Below, piece after piece: positions 29,252-39,574 of a DNA stretch of 64,000 nucleotides. The stretch spans positions 3,648,001-3,712,000 of the forward strand of contig OY970342.1 in NCBI GenBank assembly GCA_963717505.1, read 5' to 3'. The stretch's first letter is position 1; each line of letters begins with the position of its first letter. Origin of the DNA: Candidatus Eiseniibacteriota bacterium. Its GTDB lineage: Bacteria; Eisenbacteria; RBG-16-71-46. The notes under the pieces were generated by a model that saw nothing but the letters and a program-made list of their open reading frames with translations, was not told where the DNA came from and did no database searches. Position numbers and translations under genes: made by a program.

Positions 29252-30792
29252 AACAGGCCCCGCCGCCGTGTGCGGCGGCGCGCCGCCGTTCCCAGCAGAG
29301 CGCCCATGACTCCGCGGAGGATCTGGGTGGTCGCGCGGCCCGCGATGGTCTTGGCCATCGGCGAGTTCAGCACGTCGCCGATCGACGGACCGTCGTCGAC
29401 ATCGGCGCTGCGCCCACGTCGCGCCGGCGCGTCGGGCGTCGACGGCGCCGTGGCGCCCGCGCGCTCGGCGAGCAGCTCGCGCGCGCTCTCGCGATCGACC
29501 GGCGTGGCGTAGTCGCGCACCTGTTCCGAAGCCGCGAGTCGGGCCGCCAACTCCCCCGGCGTGAGCGGCGACATGCGCGCCGCGGGCGGCACCAGCCGGG
29601 TGGCGAACGGCGGGGTCGGCACGCCTCGCGGCGACAACACCGTGATCAACGCCTCGCCGGTCCCGAGCGAGGTCAGGGTTTGCTGCACGTCGTAGAACTC
29701 GGTCTTCGGGTAGGTGCGCGCCGCCGAGCGCAGGGCCTTCTCGTCGTCGGGCGTGAAGGCGCGCAGCGCGTGCTGCACGCGGTGGCCGAGCTGACCCAGA
29801 ATATCGGCGGGAATGTCGCGCGGATTCTGGGTCACGAAAAAGATCCCGACGCCCTTCGAGCGCACCAGGCGCACGACCTTCTCGACCTCGGCCAGGAACG
29901 CCGGGCTCGCGCCGTCGAACAACAAATGCGCCTCGTCGAAGAAGAACACCAGCTTCGGGCGCTCGAGGTCGCCGACCTCGGGCAGCTCGGCGTAGAGCCG
30001 CGCCAGCATCCACATCATGAAGGTCGAGAACAGCGCCGGCTTGTCCTGGACGTCCTGCAGCTCGAGCACGCTGACCTGTCCGCGGCCGCCGTCGGTCTGC
30101 ATCAGGTCGTCGAGGTCGAACTCGGGCTCGCCGAAGAACCCTTCCGCTCCCTGGTGTTCCAGCTCGATCATCTCGCGCAGCAACACACCCACCGTGGCCT
30201 TCGACATGCCACCGTAGGCGGCGAGATCGCCGGCCCCGGGACCGGTGAGGTGCTGGAGCACCGCGCGTAGGTCGGCGAAATCGAGCAGCAGTAGCTTCCG
30301 ATCGTCGCAGTACTTGAAGACCATGGTCAGAACGCTGGTTTGGGTCTCGTTGAGTCCGAGAACCTTGGCGAGCAGCAGCGGCCCGAACGATGACACGGTC
30401 GCGCGCAACTGGGCGCCGAGTTTGCCCGACAGGCTGAGCAGCTCCATCGGGAACCCGGAAGCGTTCCACGCATAGCCGGTCTCTCGCGCCCGGGCGGCAA
30501 TGCGGTCGTTCGTTTCGCCCGGCTCGCTGATCCCCGAGACGTCGCCCTTGATGTCGGACAGGAACACGGGGACACCGGCGGCCGAGAGCTGCTCGGCCAC
30601 GAGCTGCAGCGTGCGCGTCTTGCCGGTGCCGGTGGCGCCGGCAATCAAACCGTGCCGGTTCATCATCGCGAGCGGGATCGACACCCGCGGTTCGGGATGG
30701 ACCTCGCCCCCGTGCATCGCGGCGCCGAGGGTGATCGCCGGGGGCCCGTCGGGATAGGTTGCCCGCAGCGATTCGACGAATTTGGGGTCCAT
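29248..30792 (-). CDS. DUF853/YjgR-like HerA-family ATPase
   Basis: NRHGLIAGATGTGKT, FFFDEAH, RSKGVG, VTQNP, RVQHALRAFTP. Confidence 0.93.
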   Translation of the reverse strand: MDPKFVESLRATYPDGPPAITLGAAMHGGEVHPEPRVSIPLAMMNRHGLIAGATGTGKTRTLQLVAEQLSAAGVPVFLSDIKGDVSGISEPGETNDRIAARARETGYAWNASGFPMELLSLSGKLGAQLRATVSSFGPLLLAKVLGLNETQTSVLTMVFKYCDDRKLLLLDFADLRAVLQHLTGPGAGDLAAYGGMSKATVGVLLREMIELEHQGAEGFFGEPEFDLDDLMQTDGGRGQVSVLELQDVQDKPALFSTFMMWMLARLYAELPEVGDLERPKLVFFFDEAHLLFDGASPAFLAEVEKVVRLVRSKGVGIFFVTQNPRDIPADILGQLGHRVQHALRAFTPDDEKALRSAARTYPKTEFYDVQQTLTSLGTGEALITVLSPRGVPTPPFATRLVPPAARMSPLTPGELAARLAASEQVRDYATPVDRESARELLAERAGATAPSTPDAPARRGRSADVDDGPSIGDVLNSPMAKTIAGRATTQILRGVMGALLGTAARRRTRRRGLF

Positions 30793-30911
30793 GGACACTC
30801 CCGGGGTGGCGCTGCTCGCGGCGGAACTCGGAAACACTACTGGGCGTGCCGGCGTTGCGCCAGCCTCGCCCGCCTTTGCCCCGGCCCCGCCGGTGCCCCT
30901 AGAGTCGTGGA

Positions 30912-31313
30912 ATGGTGGTTCGCGCGTTCGCCCGCGGCATCCGCTCGCTCGCCGACCTGCATGCGTTCGTGCACGCGTTCTGCGACGAGCGGGGCATCGA
31001 CCGGGAGCGTGCGTTCGACCTGGACCTGGTGCTCGAGGAGCTGTTCACGAATCAGGTGAAGTACCATCCCGGGGGCCGCGAGATCGAGGTGGCGCTCGAG
31101 GGCGATGTTCGCGAGGTCACGATGACGGTGACCGACCGGGACGTCGAGCGCTTCGACCCGACCGCGGTGCCGGACCCCGCGCCGTTACACGATCAGGACC
31201 TGCTCGAAGGCGGTCGCGGACTGAGGCTGGTGCGCGCCCTGACCGACGAGCTGCGCTACGACTATCGGGAGCGGACCAGTCGGATCACGGCGGTCAAACG
31301 ATGGAGCCATTGA
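30912..31313 (+). CDS. RsbW-like anti-sigma factor / serine kinase
   Basis: LEELFTN (N box), FDPT, GGRGLRLV (G box). Confidence 0.88.
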   Translation: MVVRAFARGIRSLADLHAFVHAFCDERGIDRERAFDLDLVLEELFTNQVKYHPGGREIEVALEGDVREVTMTVTDRDVERFDPTAVPDPAPLHDQDLLEGGRGLRLVRALTDELRYDYRERTSRITAVKRWSH

Positions 31314-31597
31314 TGTTCGAGATCGAACTGGGAGCCGACGGCACCGTGCGCCTGGCCGGGCGGCTCGACGCCGCCGAAGCCGACGGTGCGCGCAACGTGT
31401 TTCGCACGCTGTCGGGCCCGGTGACCGTGGATTGCGAACGGCTCGAGTACATTTCGAGCGCCGGCCTGTCCGTGCTGGTCGAAGCCTTCAAGCGCTTGTC
31501 GGCGTCGGGCCACGGGCTGCGCCTGACCCGCCTGCAACCCCGGGTGCGCAACGTGTTCGCCTATTCGGGGCTCGACCGGATCCTCCGGATCGAGTAA
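31301..31597 (+). CDS. STAS anti-sigma factor antagonist
   Basis: LAGRLD, DCERLEYISSAGL, VFAYSGLD. Confidence 0.9.
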   Translation: MEPLMFEIELGADGTVRLAGRLDAAEADGARNVFRTLSGPVTVDCERLEYISSAGLSVLVEAFKRLSASGHGLRLTRLQPRVRNVFAYSGLDRILRIE

Positions 31598-31684
31598 CCG
31601 CTTGCCCAGAGCCCCCATGGCCCGCCTGCCCGCCACCCGGTCCCAGCGCCCGACCCCCAACCTTTCGGGATCCCTCCTGTAGTT

Positions 31685-32230
31685 ATGGATGTTGGCGACG
31701 ACAACGGTCGGGTGCGGCGGTGCCTGGACGGCGATCCGGGAGCATTCGAGGAACTCGTGGTCGCCTACCAGGGCGTGCTATTCCATCTGGCACTGCGCAT
31801 GACCGGGAATCAGGAGGATGCGCGCGACCTGACGCAGAACGTGTTCCTCAAGGCGTACCGTGCCTTGTCGTCCTTCGACTACCAGCATCGGTTCTACAGC
31901 TGGATCTACAGGATCATGATGAATGAAGCCCTCAACTTTCTGGACCGGCGCAAGCCGCAGAGCGAGCTGGACGAGCAACTGCCGGATCGCAGCATGGGAC
32001 CCGAGGACCGGGCGCACCGGGGCGCGATCGAAGACGTCGTGCAGGACGCGATCATGACCCTGCCCCCCGGCGACCGTCAGGTGCTCGCGCTGCGCCACTT
32101 CCAGGACCTGTCGTACCTCGAGATGGCCGACGTGTTGGGCGTTCCCGAGAAGACCGTGAAGTCGAGGCTCTATTCGGCGCGGCAGCGCCTGGGCGATGAG
32201 CTGCGCCGCCGGGGGATCACCGAGGCATGA
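31685..32230 (+). CDS. ECF sigma-70 factor
   Basis: AFEELV, DARDLTQNVFLKAY, FYSWIYRI, LSYLEMADVLGVPEKTVKSRL. Confidence 0.94.
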   Translation: MDVGDDNGRVRRCLDGDPGAFEELVVAYQGVLFHLALRMTGNQEDARDLTQNVFLKAYRALSSFDYQHRFYSWIYRIMMNEALNFLDRRKPQSELDEQLPDRSMGPEDRAHRGAIEDVVQDAIMTLPPGDRQVLALRHFQDLSYLEMADVLGVPEKTVKSRLYSARQRLGDELRRRGITEA

Positions 32231-32985
32231 AGACTTTCGAGGAATTGGCGAACGCGACGCTGGATGGTACGGCGACGCCGGCGGAGCAAGCGGCGTTGAC
32301 CGCAATGCTGGAGCGCGACACCGGCGCCCGCGAGCGCTTTCGCACCCTGGAACTCGCGGTGCGCGCCATGAGTCGGGTGCGCGACGTCGAAGTGCCGATC
32401 GACCTCAAGGATCAGATCCTCGACGCGGTTCGGGCCGAGTCGCCGCCGTGGTCCCGTCCGCGGCCGGTGCAAAGCCCTCGCCGCCCGCTGGGCGAAATCA
32501 TCACGCGCGCTTTGGGACTTCGGTTGGCGGCGGCGTTCGCGGCCGGGATCGCGGCCGGCGTCATTGCCTTCACGCTCGCGACCGGCGGGCGGCCTCTGGT
32601 GCAGGGTCCAGCCACCGGAACCATGGCGCCGCAGGCCACGCCCACCGGGATCGCGCTGGTGGCCGGCGAGGCGCAGGCCACGGTCGAGATGTCGACCCGC
32701 GACGACCTCGTGACGATCCGCGTCGCCGCGCGTTCGGCCGGGCCGGCGATCGTCGAGGTCTCGTGGCCGAGCCACGTCGGCTTCGTTGGATTCGAGAGCG
32801 ACGTCGCGGACTCGGATCGATTCCGCGCGCGCGCCGGGCTGGCGGTGGTCGAGATCGCCGGGCCGACGTTCGACGGTGTCCTTCGCCTGCGGGGTGGCGC
32901 CCAGGCTTCCGAGATCGGGATCCGCCTGCGCGCGAATCGCGATGTCGATGAGGCCACGATGACCGCTCCGCCGGCGTCTCGCTGA
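32227..32985 (+). CDS. Transmembrane anti-sigma factor
   Basis: ATGA coupling to the ECF gene; helical N-terminal ASD-like region without HxxxCxxC, one TM, beta-rich periplasmic domain. Confidence 0.78.
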   Translation: MKTFEELANATLDGTATPAEQAALTAMLERDTGARERFRTLELAVRAMSRVRDVEVPIDLKDQILDAVRAESPPWSRPRPVQSPRRPLGEIITRALGLRLAAAFAAGIAAGVIAFTLATGGRPLVQGPATGTMAPQATPTGIALVAGEAQATVEMSTRDDLVTIRVAARSAGPAIVEVSWPSHVGFVGFESDVADSDRFRARAGLAVVEIAGPTFDGVLRLRGGAQASEIGIRLRANRDVDEATMTAPPASR

Positions 32986-33014
32986 GAGCAATCGACCCGC
33001 GAACATCGTAGGGT

Positions 33015-34031
33015 GTGGCGGTGACACTCCTCGTTCCCTTGATCGCCGGTATCGTCCCGGTCGTCGCGTTCCTGGTCGGGCTCGTGCTGCTCGACAGCTA
33101 CCGGCTGGTCGCCACCCGTCACGTCCTGCGCGCCCTGCTCGCCGGCGTGATCGCGGCCTTGGCGGCATTCGCCGTGAACCTGTTCGTCCTGCGCTCGACC
33201 GCGATCGACCCCGAGCTGCTGCGCCGCTACGTCGCGCCGGTGATCGAGGAAACCTGCAAAGCCCTTTACGTCGTGTGGCTGATCCGCCGGCATCGAGTCG
33301 GGTTCATCATGGACGCCGCGATCCTGGGCTTCGCGGTCGGCGCGGGCTTCGCGTTGACCGAGAATCTCTACTACGCATGGACGATCGACGACCGCGGAGT
33401 GCTGCTCTGGTTGGTGCGCGGCCTCGGCACCGCAGTGATGCACGGCGGAACCACCGCGATCGTCGCGATCCTGGCCAAGGACCTCTCGGATCGCCGGCGC
33501 ACGAGTGCGTGGGGGGTGTTCGTCCCCGGGCTCGCTCTGGCCACGATCGTCCACTCCGCGTTCAACCATCTGGCGTCCCACTCGCTCGTGACCTCGTCGA
33601 TCCTGCTGGTCGCGATGCCGCTACTCGTGGTCTCGGTGTTCGAACGAAGTGAGGCCGCGACCCGCGCATGGCTGGGCGCGGGACTGGACACCGACGTCGA
33701 AGCGCTCGAGCTGATCGCCGGCGGATCGATCTCGAACTCGCCGGTCGGCTACTACCTGACCGAGCTGCGGGAACACTTCCCGGGACCGGTGGTCGCCGAC
33801 ATGTTGTGCATGCTGCAGATCCACCTGGAGCTGGCGGTGCGCGCCAAGGGGCTGCTGATCGCCCGCGGGGCGGGAATCGACCTGGCGCCCGACGAGGGCG
33901 TGCGTCGCCGGCTGGAGGAACTCCGTTTCCTCGAGCGCTCGATTGGGCCCACCGGCCGTCTCGCCCTGATGCCCCTGCTCCGGACCCACAGTCGCGACCT
34001 GTGGCAGATCCACCTGATGCGCGGAGCCTGA
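33015..34031 (+). CDS. PrsW family intramembrane protease with C-terminal cytoplasmic extension
   Basis: EETCK, GAGFALTEN, VMHG, IVHSAFN motifs. Confidence 0.88.
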   Translation: MAVTLLVPLIAGIVPVVAFLVGLVLLDSYRLVATRHVLRALLAGVIAALAAFAVNLFVLRSTAIDPELLRRYVAPVIEETCKALYVVWLIRRHRVGFIMDAAILGFAVGAGFALTENLYYAWTIDDRGVLLWLVRGLGTAVMHGGTTAIVAILAKDLSDRRRTSAWGVFVPGLALATIVHSAFNHLASHSLVTSSILLVAMPLLVVSVFERSEAATRAWLGAGLDTDVEALELIAGGSISNSPVGYYLTELREHFPGPVVADMLCMLQIHLELAVRAKGLLIARGAGIDLAPDEGVRRRLEELRFLERSIGPTGRLALMPLLRTHSRDLWQIHLMRGA

Positions 34032-34146
34032 CTTTCGGTCAAGCCGCTCCAGCTCCCTGCCGAAAACAATCGCGAATCCCGTACCCCGTCCGCGACCCCG
34101 CGGCCGGGTGAAAACTCCGCACGGGACCCCAGGGAAGGAACGCATC

Positions 34147-35328
34147 ATGAGGATCCGCGGGGCAGTTTCAGCGCTGGCGTGCGCGGCCTTGATGGTCCCG
34201 GCCGTTCTCGCGCCCTCGGCAGGCGCGGCCGATCTCAGGTTCCGTGGTTTGATCGACGTCGTGGCCGCTGAGCGAGGCGATGCTTTCGATCACAACCTGC
34301 TCACCCGCCTCGACTCGAATTTCGACGCCTACAGTGTGCGCGCCTTCGCCGAGGCCAAGGCGAACGACCAGATCGGCATCTTCACGCAGTTCATCCTGCG
34401 CGACGCGACCACGCCGTACGTGAATGGCGCCTACGTCATGTTCACGCCCAGCCAGTTCCACGACTTCCACGTCCTGGCCGGCAAGATTCCCTGGCTGATC
34501 GGAACCTACGCACCGCGCACCTACTCGATCGAGAATCCGGTGATCGGCACACCCCTCATGTACCAGTATCACTCGACGCTTCTCTTCTACGAGGTCATCC
34601 CGAGCGCCGATGCGCTGCTGTCGACCAAGGGCCAGGGCCAGTACGGGGTCAACTACTACGGATACCCCGAAGGCGTGGGCATGCCGCTGGTGGACGACTG
34701 CTACTGGGACGTTGGCGTCACCGCCACCGGCAGCCTGAACTCGGTCGAGCTGGCGCTCGGCGTCACGGCCGGCACTCCCGGTTGGGGCAGCACGTCGCAG
34801 GACGAGAACACCGGCAAGTCGCTGCTCGGGCGGGTGGGCTTCCTCCCACTACCCGGCCTTCGCCTCGGCGTTTCAGGAGCTTACGGGCCCTACCTCGTCG
34901 AAGAGTTGAACCCGCTCATGCCCCCCGGATCGAACGTCAACGACTACAACCAGAAGATCGCCATGGCGGACCTCGAGTTCCTGGCCGGCCACTTTGAAAT
35001 GCGCGCCGAGGGAGCGTTCAACGTTTGGGAGACCCCCACGGTCGGCGATCTCGAGGTGACCAGCGCCTACGCCGAGGCCAAATACTCGTTCCCGATCGGC
35101 GCCTACGTTGCGGGCCGCTACGATGCCCTGCGCTTCGGCGAGATCGCGGATTCGGGCGGCGTCAAGCAGACGTGGGATGCCGACGTCACCCGGATCGAGG
35201 GCGGCGTGGGCTATCGCTTCGACCGCAACGTCGTGGTCAAGCTCATTCACCAGCACACGACGGTGGAACTCCCCGGCGGCGACAAGAAGATGCCGATGAC
35301 CGCCGCTCAGCTCTCGGTCGGGTTCTAG
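34147..35328 (+). CDS. Porin-like outer membrane beta-barrel
   Basis: Signal peptide, beta-strand pattern, C-terminal AQLSVGF; GAAGGA RBS. Confidence 0.78.
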   Translation: MRIRGAVSALACAALMVPAVLAPSAGAADLRFRGLIDVVAAERGDAFDHNLLTRLDSNFDAYSVRAFAEAKANDQIGIFTQFILRDATTPYVNGAYVMFTPSQFHDFHVLAGKIPWLIGTYAPRTYSIENPVIGTPLMYQYHSTLLFYEVIPSADALLSTKGQGQYGVNYYGYPEGVGMPLVDDCYWDVGVTATGSLNSVELALGVTAGTPGWGSTSQDENTGKSLLGRVGFLPLPGLRLGVSGAYGPYLVEELNPLMPPGSNVNDYNQKIAMADLEFLAGHFEMRAEGAFNVWETPTVGDLEVTSAYAEAKYSFPIGAYVAGRYDALRFGEIADSGGVKQTWDADVTRIEGGVGYRFDRNVVVKLIHQHTTVELPGGDKKMPMTAAQLSVGF

Positions 35329-35499
35329 CCGCCGCTTCGCGCAACGCCTCTGCGCGCAGCGCTGACCCACTGAGCCGCAGTCTCGCGTCTACGTACAAAT
35401 CGGTAGCCGGCCGAGAGCGAATTCCTCTTGTCCTGCTCGACGCTTCGGGTCGACAATCCTGGCACCGGGAATCTTCGTTGCGCCGGTCGCGGAGGAATC

Positions 35500-36219
35500 A
35501 TGACCCGCCGCCATCCGTTGTCCCGGTTCATGCCGTACGGCGCCCCCGACTTGCTGGCCTCGGCCGAACCTCGCCTCACGCGCGCCGTGCTCGCCGGCAG
35601 CTCCACCATGATCGCAGCCTTTGCGTTGGCCTTGGTGCTGATTCCGCGCGCAGTCGAACGAACGATCAAGATCGTCGACGCCACGATCTTCGACGTGGAC
35701 ACCGAACCGACGATCCAGGCCTACGATCTGCCGAAGGAGAAGGCGCCGGAGTCCGTGCAGCCCAAGGCGGACGATCTCGGAAAGATCGAGCCGGTGGTCG
35801 AGGAGCAACCGGTCGAGGTGGAACCGACCGTCGGAACCGGGCCAGATATCTTGGGCACGGGTACGGGCGAAGGAACTGACGCCCCCCCACCACCGGCGGG
35901 CGGCGGGGGCGAAGAAGTCTTTCCCGACCGTCGCGACTACGTCTACGTCGACCAGTTGCCGGTCGCCTTGTTCGAGTTCAAACCGGAGTATCCGCCGTTT
36001 GCCCGCGACGCCGGCGTCGAAGGCCTGGTCGTGGTCCACGCACTGGTCGGCAAGGACGGGCGCGTGATCCGGGTCGAGGTGGAAGAATCGCGATCGATTC
36101 TGCTGCTCAATGAGACCGCACTCGAAGCCGCCCGGCGTTGCACCTTTCAGCCGGCAATGACCAACGGGAATCCCGTCCCCGCCTGGGTCGCGATCACGTA
36201 CAACTTCACGCTGCACTAG
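35500..36219 (+). CDS. TonB C-terminal domain protein
   Basis: GGAGGA RBS; TM; PEYPPFARDAGVEGLVVVHALVGKDGRV and FQPA motifs. Confidence 0.88.
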   Translation: MTRRHPLSRFMPYGAPDLLASAEPRLTRAVLAGSSTMIAAFALALVLIPRAVERTIKIVDATIFDVDTEPTIQAYDLPKEKAPESVQPKADDLGKIEPVVEEQPVEVEPTVGTGPDILGTGTGEGTDAPPPPAGGGGEEVFPDRRDYVYVDQLPVALFEFKPEYPPFARDAGVEGLVVVHALVGKDGRVIRVEVEESRSILLLNETALEAARRCTFQPAMTNGNPVPAWVAITYNFTLH

Positions 36220-36457
36220 CAGACCCCCGTAGACGATCCCTTCCCTCCCCGGCGCCCCCCTGCGGCCTCGGCCTGCTTCGTTCGTCGCCCGCGAAGCAGC
36301 GCTGGTCGGCGCGCGGGCGCGTTCGTCCTTCGGCTCCCAACCACCCGGGGAGCTTCGTTGTCCAATCCGGTCGTCGCAGGCGGAAAGGAACCAGGAACAC
36401 GCACGCGGGCGTCCTCACCGCCAGGGTTGCTCCGCGCCGCCCTAGAGGCCGAGCTTC

Positions 36458-38419
36458 ATGGAACAGCGCGATGGCCGAGCTGGCGATCCTTTCGCGCTCC
36501 GTCTCATCCTGGTCTTCGCCACGCTGACCGCATGCGCGCAGACCCTCGGGTACTTCGTTCGCGACGGCACCCTTTGGGGCGCCGATGCCTACGGGTTCTT
36601 CGAGCCGATCGTCATCCTCGTGGCCGGACTCGGCCTGGCGGGCGTCGCGCTGATCGGGTTTCGGAGGCATGGAGCGTCCGCCGCCCCGATCGAGAACAGG
36701 CGCGGGGCTCCTGAAGCAGTCCGGGCGAACTGGATCCATGCGGCTCTCGCCCTGGTCGGTGCCGCGCTGTTCGGCCTGTTCCACGCCGCGCACGTCTTTC
36801 TGGGCGACGGCGTGGTCCTGGTCAGCACCCTGCCGCTCGAGAAGAGATTCCATCCCCTCGAGCCACTGTCGCTGTTCCTGGAACAAACGGCCTACCAGGC
36901 CTTGGCTCCGTTCCTCACGCGCCCTGGCCGGGAGCTCCACGAGGTGGCGTGGATCGGCGCGGGGGCCCTGAGCATCGTCGCCGGGGCCATCTTCCTGCCC
37001 GTGATGTGGGCGGTGGCACGACGTCTGGCGCGCCGCGTTGCCGGGGCATCCATCGCAAGCGCACCACAGGGCAGCGAGCCTGCGGTGTTGGCGGCACTGG
37101 TGTTCCTGGCCCTGGTCAGCCAGGGATATGTCCAGATCTTCTTTGGCTACGTCGAGGTCTACTCGATGGTCGCGGCCTCGCTCGCGATCTACGTGCTGGC
37201 CGCACTGCGCTTCCTGGACGATCGACGCCCGCTGTGGCCGGTCGCGTGCGGGCTGGCGCTGGCGATCGCGCTCCATCTTTCCGCCATCGCACTCCTGCCC
37301 TCGTTCATTCTGCTCGCCGCGCTGTCCGTGACCGATCGCGGGCGCCGGGCGTTCCGCGCGGCCGACCTCCTGTGCACTTGCGCGGTGCTCGCGGCGCTGC
37401 CCCTGGGGCTCGCGCTTCTCAAGCCCGGATACAACCTGGCCGAGACCGCGATGTCCATGGTCGCGGACCTGCTGGTCCGCCAGCCGGAACCGATTCCCGA
37501 TTACTTCTGGTCGTGGCGGCATCTCCGGGACATCGTGAACGAACAGCTTCTGATTGGACCGCTCGCGATGATTCTCTTCGTGCCGGTAGCCGTCTCGGCC
37601 CTGCGCCGTCGCTCGGCGCGCACCTTCGAGTCGTGGTTCTTCGTCCTGTTCGGCGCCGGTTTCGCGGCGGCGAGCCTGCTCGCCGGAGACTCGAACCTCG
37701 GCTACGCGCGCAATTGGGATCTCCTGGCGCCCGCGGGCTTTGCGCTGGCGGTGGCCGGTATGGCGCTGTTGCTGCCGCGATTCCCCCACGTGCAGGCCGC
37801 ACGCGCCAGCCTGACGCTGGTGGTCGCGGCATCGTTGTTCCACACGCTCCCCTGGATCGCAGTCAACGCTTCGCCTGCGCGAGCATTGAAGCGGTTCATC
37901 ACGCTGCCACTGGAACTGGGACGCGTGGAATCCACCATCGGCTACTGGTTCAGCCTCAATGGAGACACCGGCCGCGCGGAACTATGGCTGGTTCGCGCGC
38001 TTGAGAAGTACCCCGGCAACGTCCGGGCGCACATGCAGCTCGGCGAGCTGTACAGCCAGCGCGGGGAGTATCTCCGTGCGTGCCGCGCCTATCAGGCCGC
38101 GGCCGATCTGAGACCCGAGTCGGACGAGTACCGGCTCCAGCTCATTGGCGCACTGTTGCGCGCCGGAAGGGCGGGAGCTGCGCTCCCCGAAGCGGACCGC
38201 CTGGTGCGCCGACAACCGGCCAATCCTCGATTCCTGACGGTCTACGGGATCGTGCTGCTCGGCACCGCTCGCATCCAGGCCGCGCGCGACGCATTCCAGG
38301 TCGCGCGCCGCAGCGCCCCCTACAGCCTGCTCTACCGGATGATGGGGAACTATGCCGACCTGCCACACGGCTTCGAGCGCGCCGTGAACGAGGTGCTCGG
38401 CGTGCTGTTGACGGGGTGA
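36458..38419 (+). CDS. Polytopic membrane protein with C-terminal TPRs (GT-C-like)
   Basis: More than ten TMs, FLGDG, FFGYVEVY, TPR tail. Confidence 0.72.
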   Translation: MEQRDGRAGDPFALRLILVFATLTACAQTLGYFVRDGTLWGADAYGFFEPIVILVAGLGLAGVALIGFRRHGASAAPIENRRGAPEAVRANWIHAALALVGAALFGLFHAAHVFLGDGVVLVSTLPLEKRFHPLEPLSLFLEQTAYQALAPFLTRPGRELHEVAWIGAGALSIVAGAIFLPVMWAVARRLARRVAGASIASAPQGSEPAVLAALVFLALVSQGYVQIFFGYVEVYSMVAASLAIYVLAALRFLDDRRPLWPVACGLALAIALHLSAIALLPSFILLAALSVTDRGRRAFRAADLLCTCAVLAALPLGLALLKPGYNLAETAMSMVADLLVRQPEPIPDYFWSWRHLRDIVNEQLLIGPLAMILFVPVAVSALRRRSARTFESWFFVLFGAGFAAASLLAGDSNLGYARNWDLLAPAGFALAVAGMALLLPRFPHVQAARASLTLVVAASLFHTLPWIAVNASPARALKRFITLPLELGRVESTIGYWFSLNGDTGRAELWLVRALEKYPGNVRAHMQLGELYSQRGEYLRACRAYQAAADLRPESDEYRLQLIGALLRAGRAGAALPEADRLVRRQPANPRFLTVYGIVLLGTARIQAARDAFQVARRSAPYSLLYRMMGNYADLPHGFERAVNEVLGVLLTG

Positions 38420-38514
38420 CGCCACTGCCCGAATGGCCAGCGCACGGTTCGCCACGATCCTCGGGGCGAGATATCATGCTCGGCCTCGTAAACGTCGCCC
38501 TTGTGGCGACGCGT

Positions 38515-38603
38515 GCCGGAGTGGCGAAACTGGCAGACGCGCGGGACTCAAAATCCCGTTGGGTTCACCCCCAGTGTGGGTTCGACCCCCACCTCCGGCA
38601 CCA
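38515..38603 (+). tRNA. tRNA-Leu(CAA)
   Basis: GCCGGAG acceptor stem, anticodon arm CGGGA-CTCAAAA-TCCCG, long variable arm, GGTTCGA, CCA end. Confidence 0.96.
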
Positions 38604-38688
38604 CCTGCCAACGACTTGCGCTTTGTGGGATGTCGGGATGCTCTGCGTGCGTTAGGATTCGCGCTTCCCTCGAACCGGGAGGCCGCCC

Positions 38689-39558
38689 ATGAAGCTGTTG
38701 CGCCGGATCGGAGTCGGGCTCGTCGCACTCGTCGTGTTGATCAGTGGCGCTGCGATCGCCCTGTACATGGTCGGCGGGAGCACGCTCCACCAGACTCACA
38801 CCCAGGACGTGGCGTCGTTCGACATTCCAGGCGACTCGCTGTCGATCGGAGAGGGCAGACGCTACGCGGAGATGTTTGCTTGCACGGTGTGCCACGATGC
38901 GCAACTGCAAGGCAGCGTCATGGTTGACGATCCGGTGTTCGGCCGGATGGTCGCACCGCACATCGGTCCCGGCGCGGGTAGCGTGACGGCGTCGTATGAA
39001 CCCGAAGACTGGGTGCGGGCCATTCGCCACGGGATCGGCGGCGACGGACGCCCACTGGTCATCATGCCATCCAGCTACTTCACGCGACTGATCGCGCTGG
39101 AAGACCTTCGGAACATTGTCGCGGCGATCCGCAACGGAGAGGCGGTGGACCACGACCCCGGGAAGAGTTCGCTGAGGCTGGCTCAGGTATTGATCGGCGT
39201 TGGCGCGTTCAAGACGGAATACGCCTCGATCGACCACGCTGCGGGCCCGCCGACCAAACCCGATCCGTTGGATACTCTCGGCACAGGTCGTTACCTGGGC
39301 GGCATCTGCTCCGTGTGCCACGGCAAGACGCTGATGGGCAGCGAGGAGTTCGGTGGCCCGCCGCTCGTCCAGGGCAGCGCCATGGACACCTACGACGAAG
39401 AAGCCTTTCGCACCCTGTTCCGTACCGGCAAGGCGAAGAACGGACGCATGGTCGACGAAGAAGCCATGCCGTGGAAGGAACTGGGCCAGTTGACGGACGG
39501 AGAACTGCACGCCGTCTGGACCTGGCTTCGCACCGTCGCGCCGACGATGCCCCAGTGA
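38689..39558 (+). CDS. Membrane-anchored di-heme c-type cytochrome
   Basis: N-terminal TM, CTVCH with MPS, CSVCH with MPW. Confidence 0.9.
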   Translation: MKLLRRIGVGLVALVVLISGAAIALYMVGGSTLHQTHTQDVASFDIPGDSLSIGEGRRYAEMFACTVCHDAQLQGSVMVDDPVFGRMVAPHIGPGAGSVTASYEPEDWVRAIRHGIGGDGRPLVIMPSSYFTRLIALEDLRNIVAAIRNGEAVDHDPGKSSLRLAQVLIGVGAFKTEYASIDHAAGPPTKPDPLDTLGTGRYLGGICSVCHGKTLMGSEEFGGPPLVQGSAMDTYDEEAFRTLFRTGKAKNGRMVDEEAMPWKELGQLTDGELHAVWTWLRTVAPTMPQ

Positions 39559-39574
39559 GATCCTGGAGAACACC

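Noticed and set aside
26741-30469. 1242-aa ORF as one protein
   Set aside because: Its N-terminal part is an alternative frame of the DUF853 gene and its C-terminal part overlaps the opposite-strand gene because of the frameshift.
29248-30792. HerA-like ATPase as an anti-phage system
   Set aside because: It has the signatures of the widespread DUF853/YjgR family and no nuclease or SIR2 partner beside it.
31655-31687. ECF autoregulatory promoter (CAACCT...GTAGTT) with a leaderless start
   Set aside because: Plausible, but I could not find a convincing second copy in the cluster to support it.
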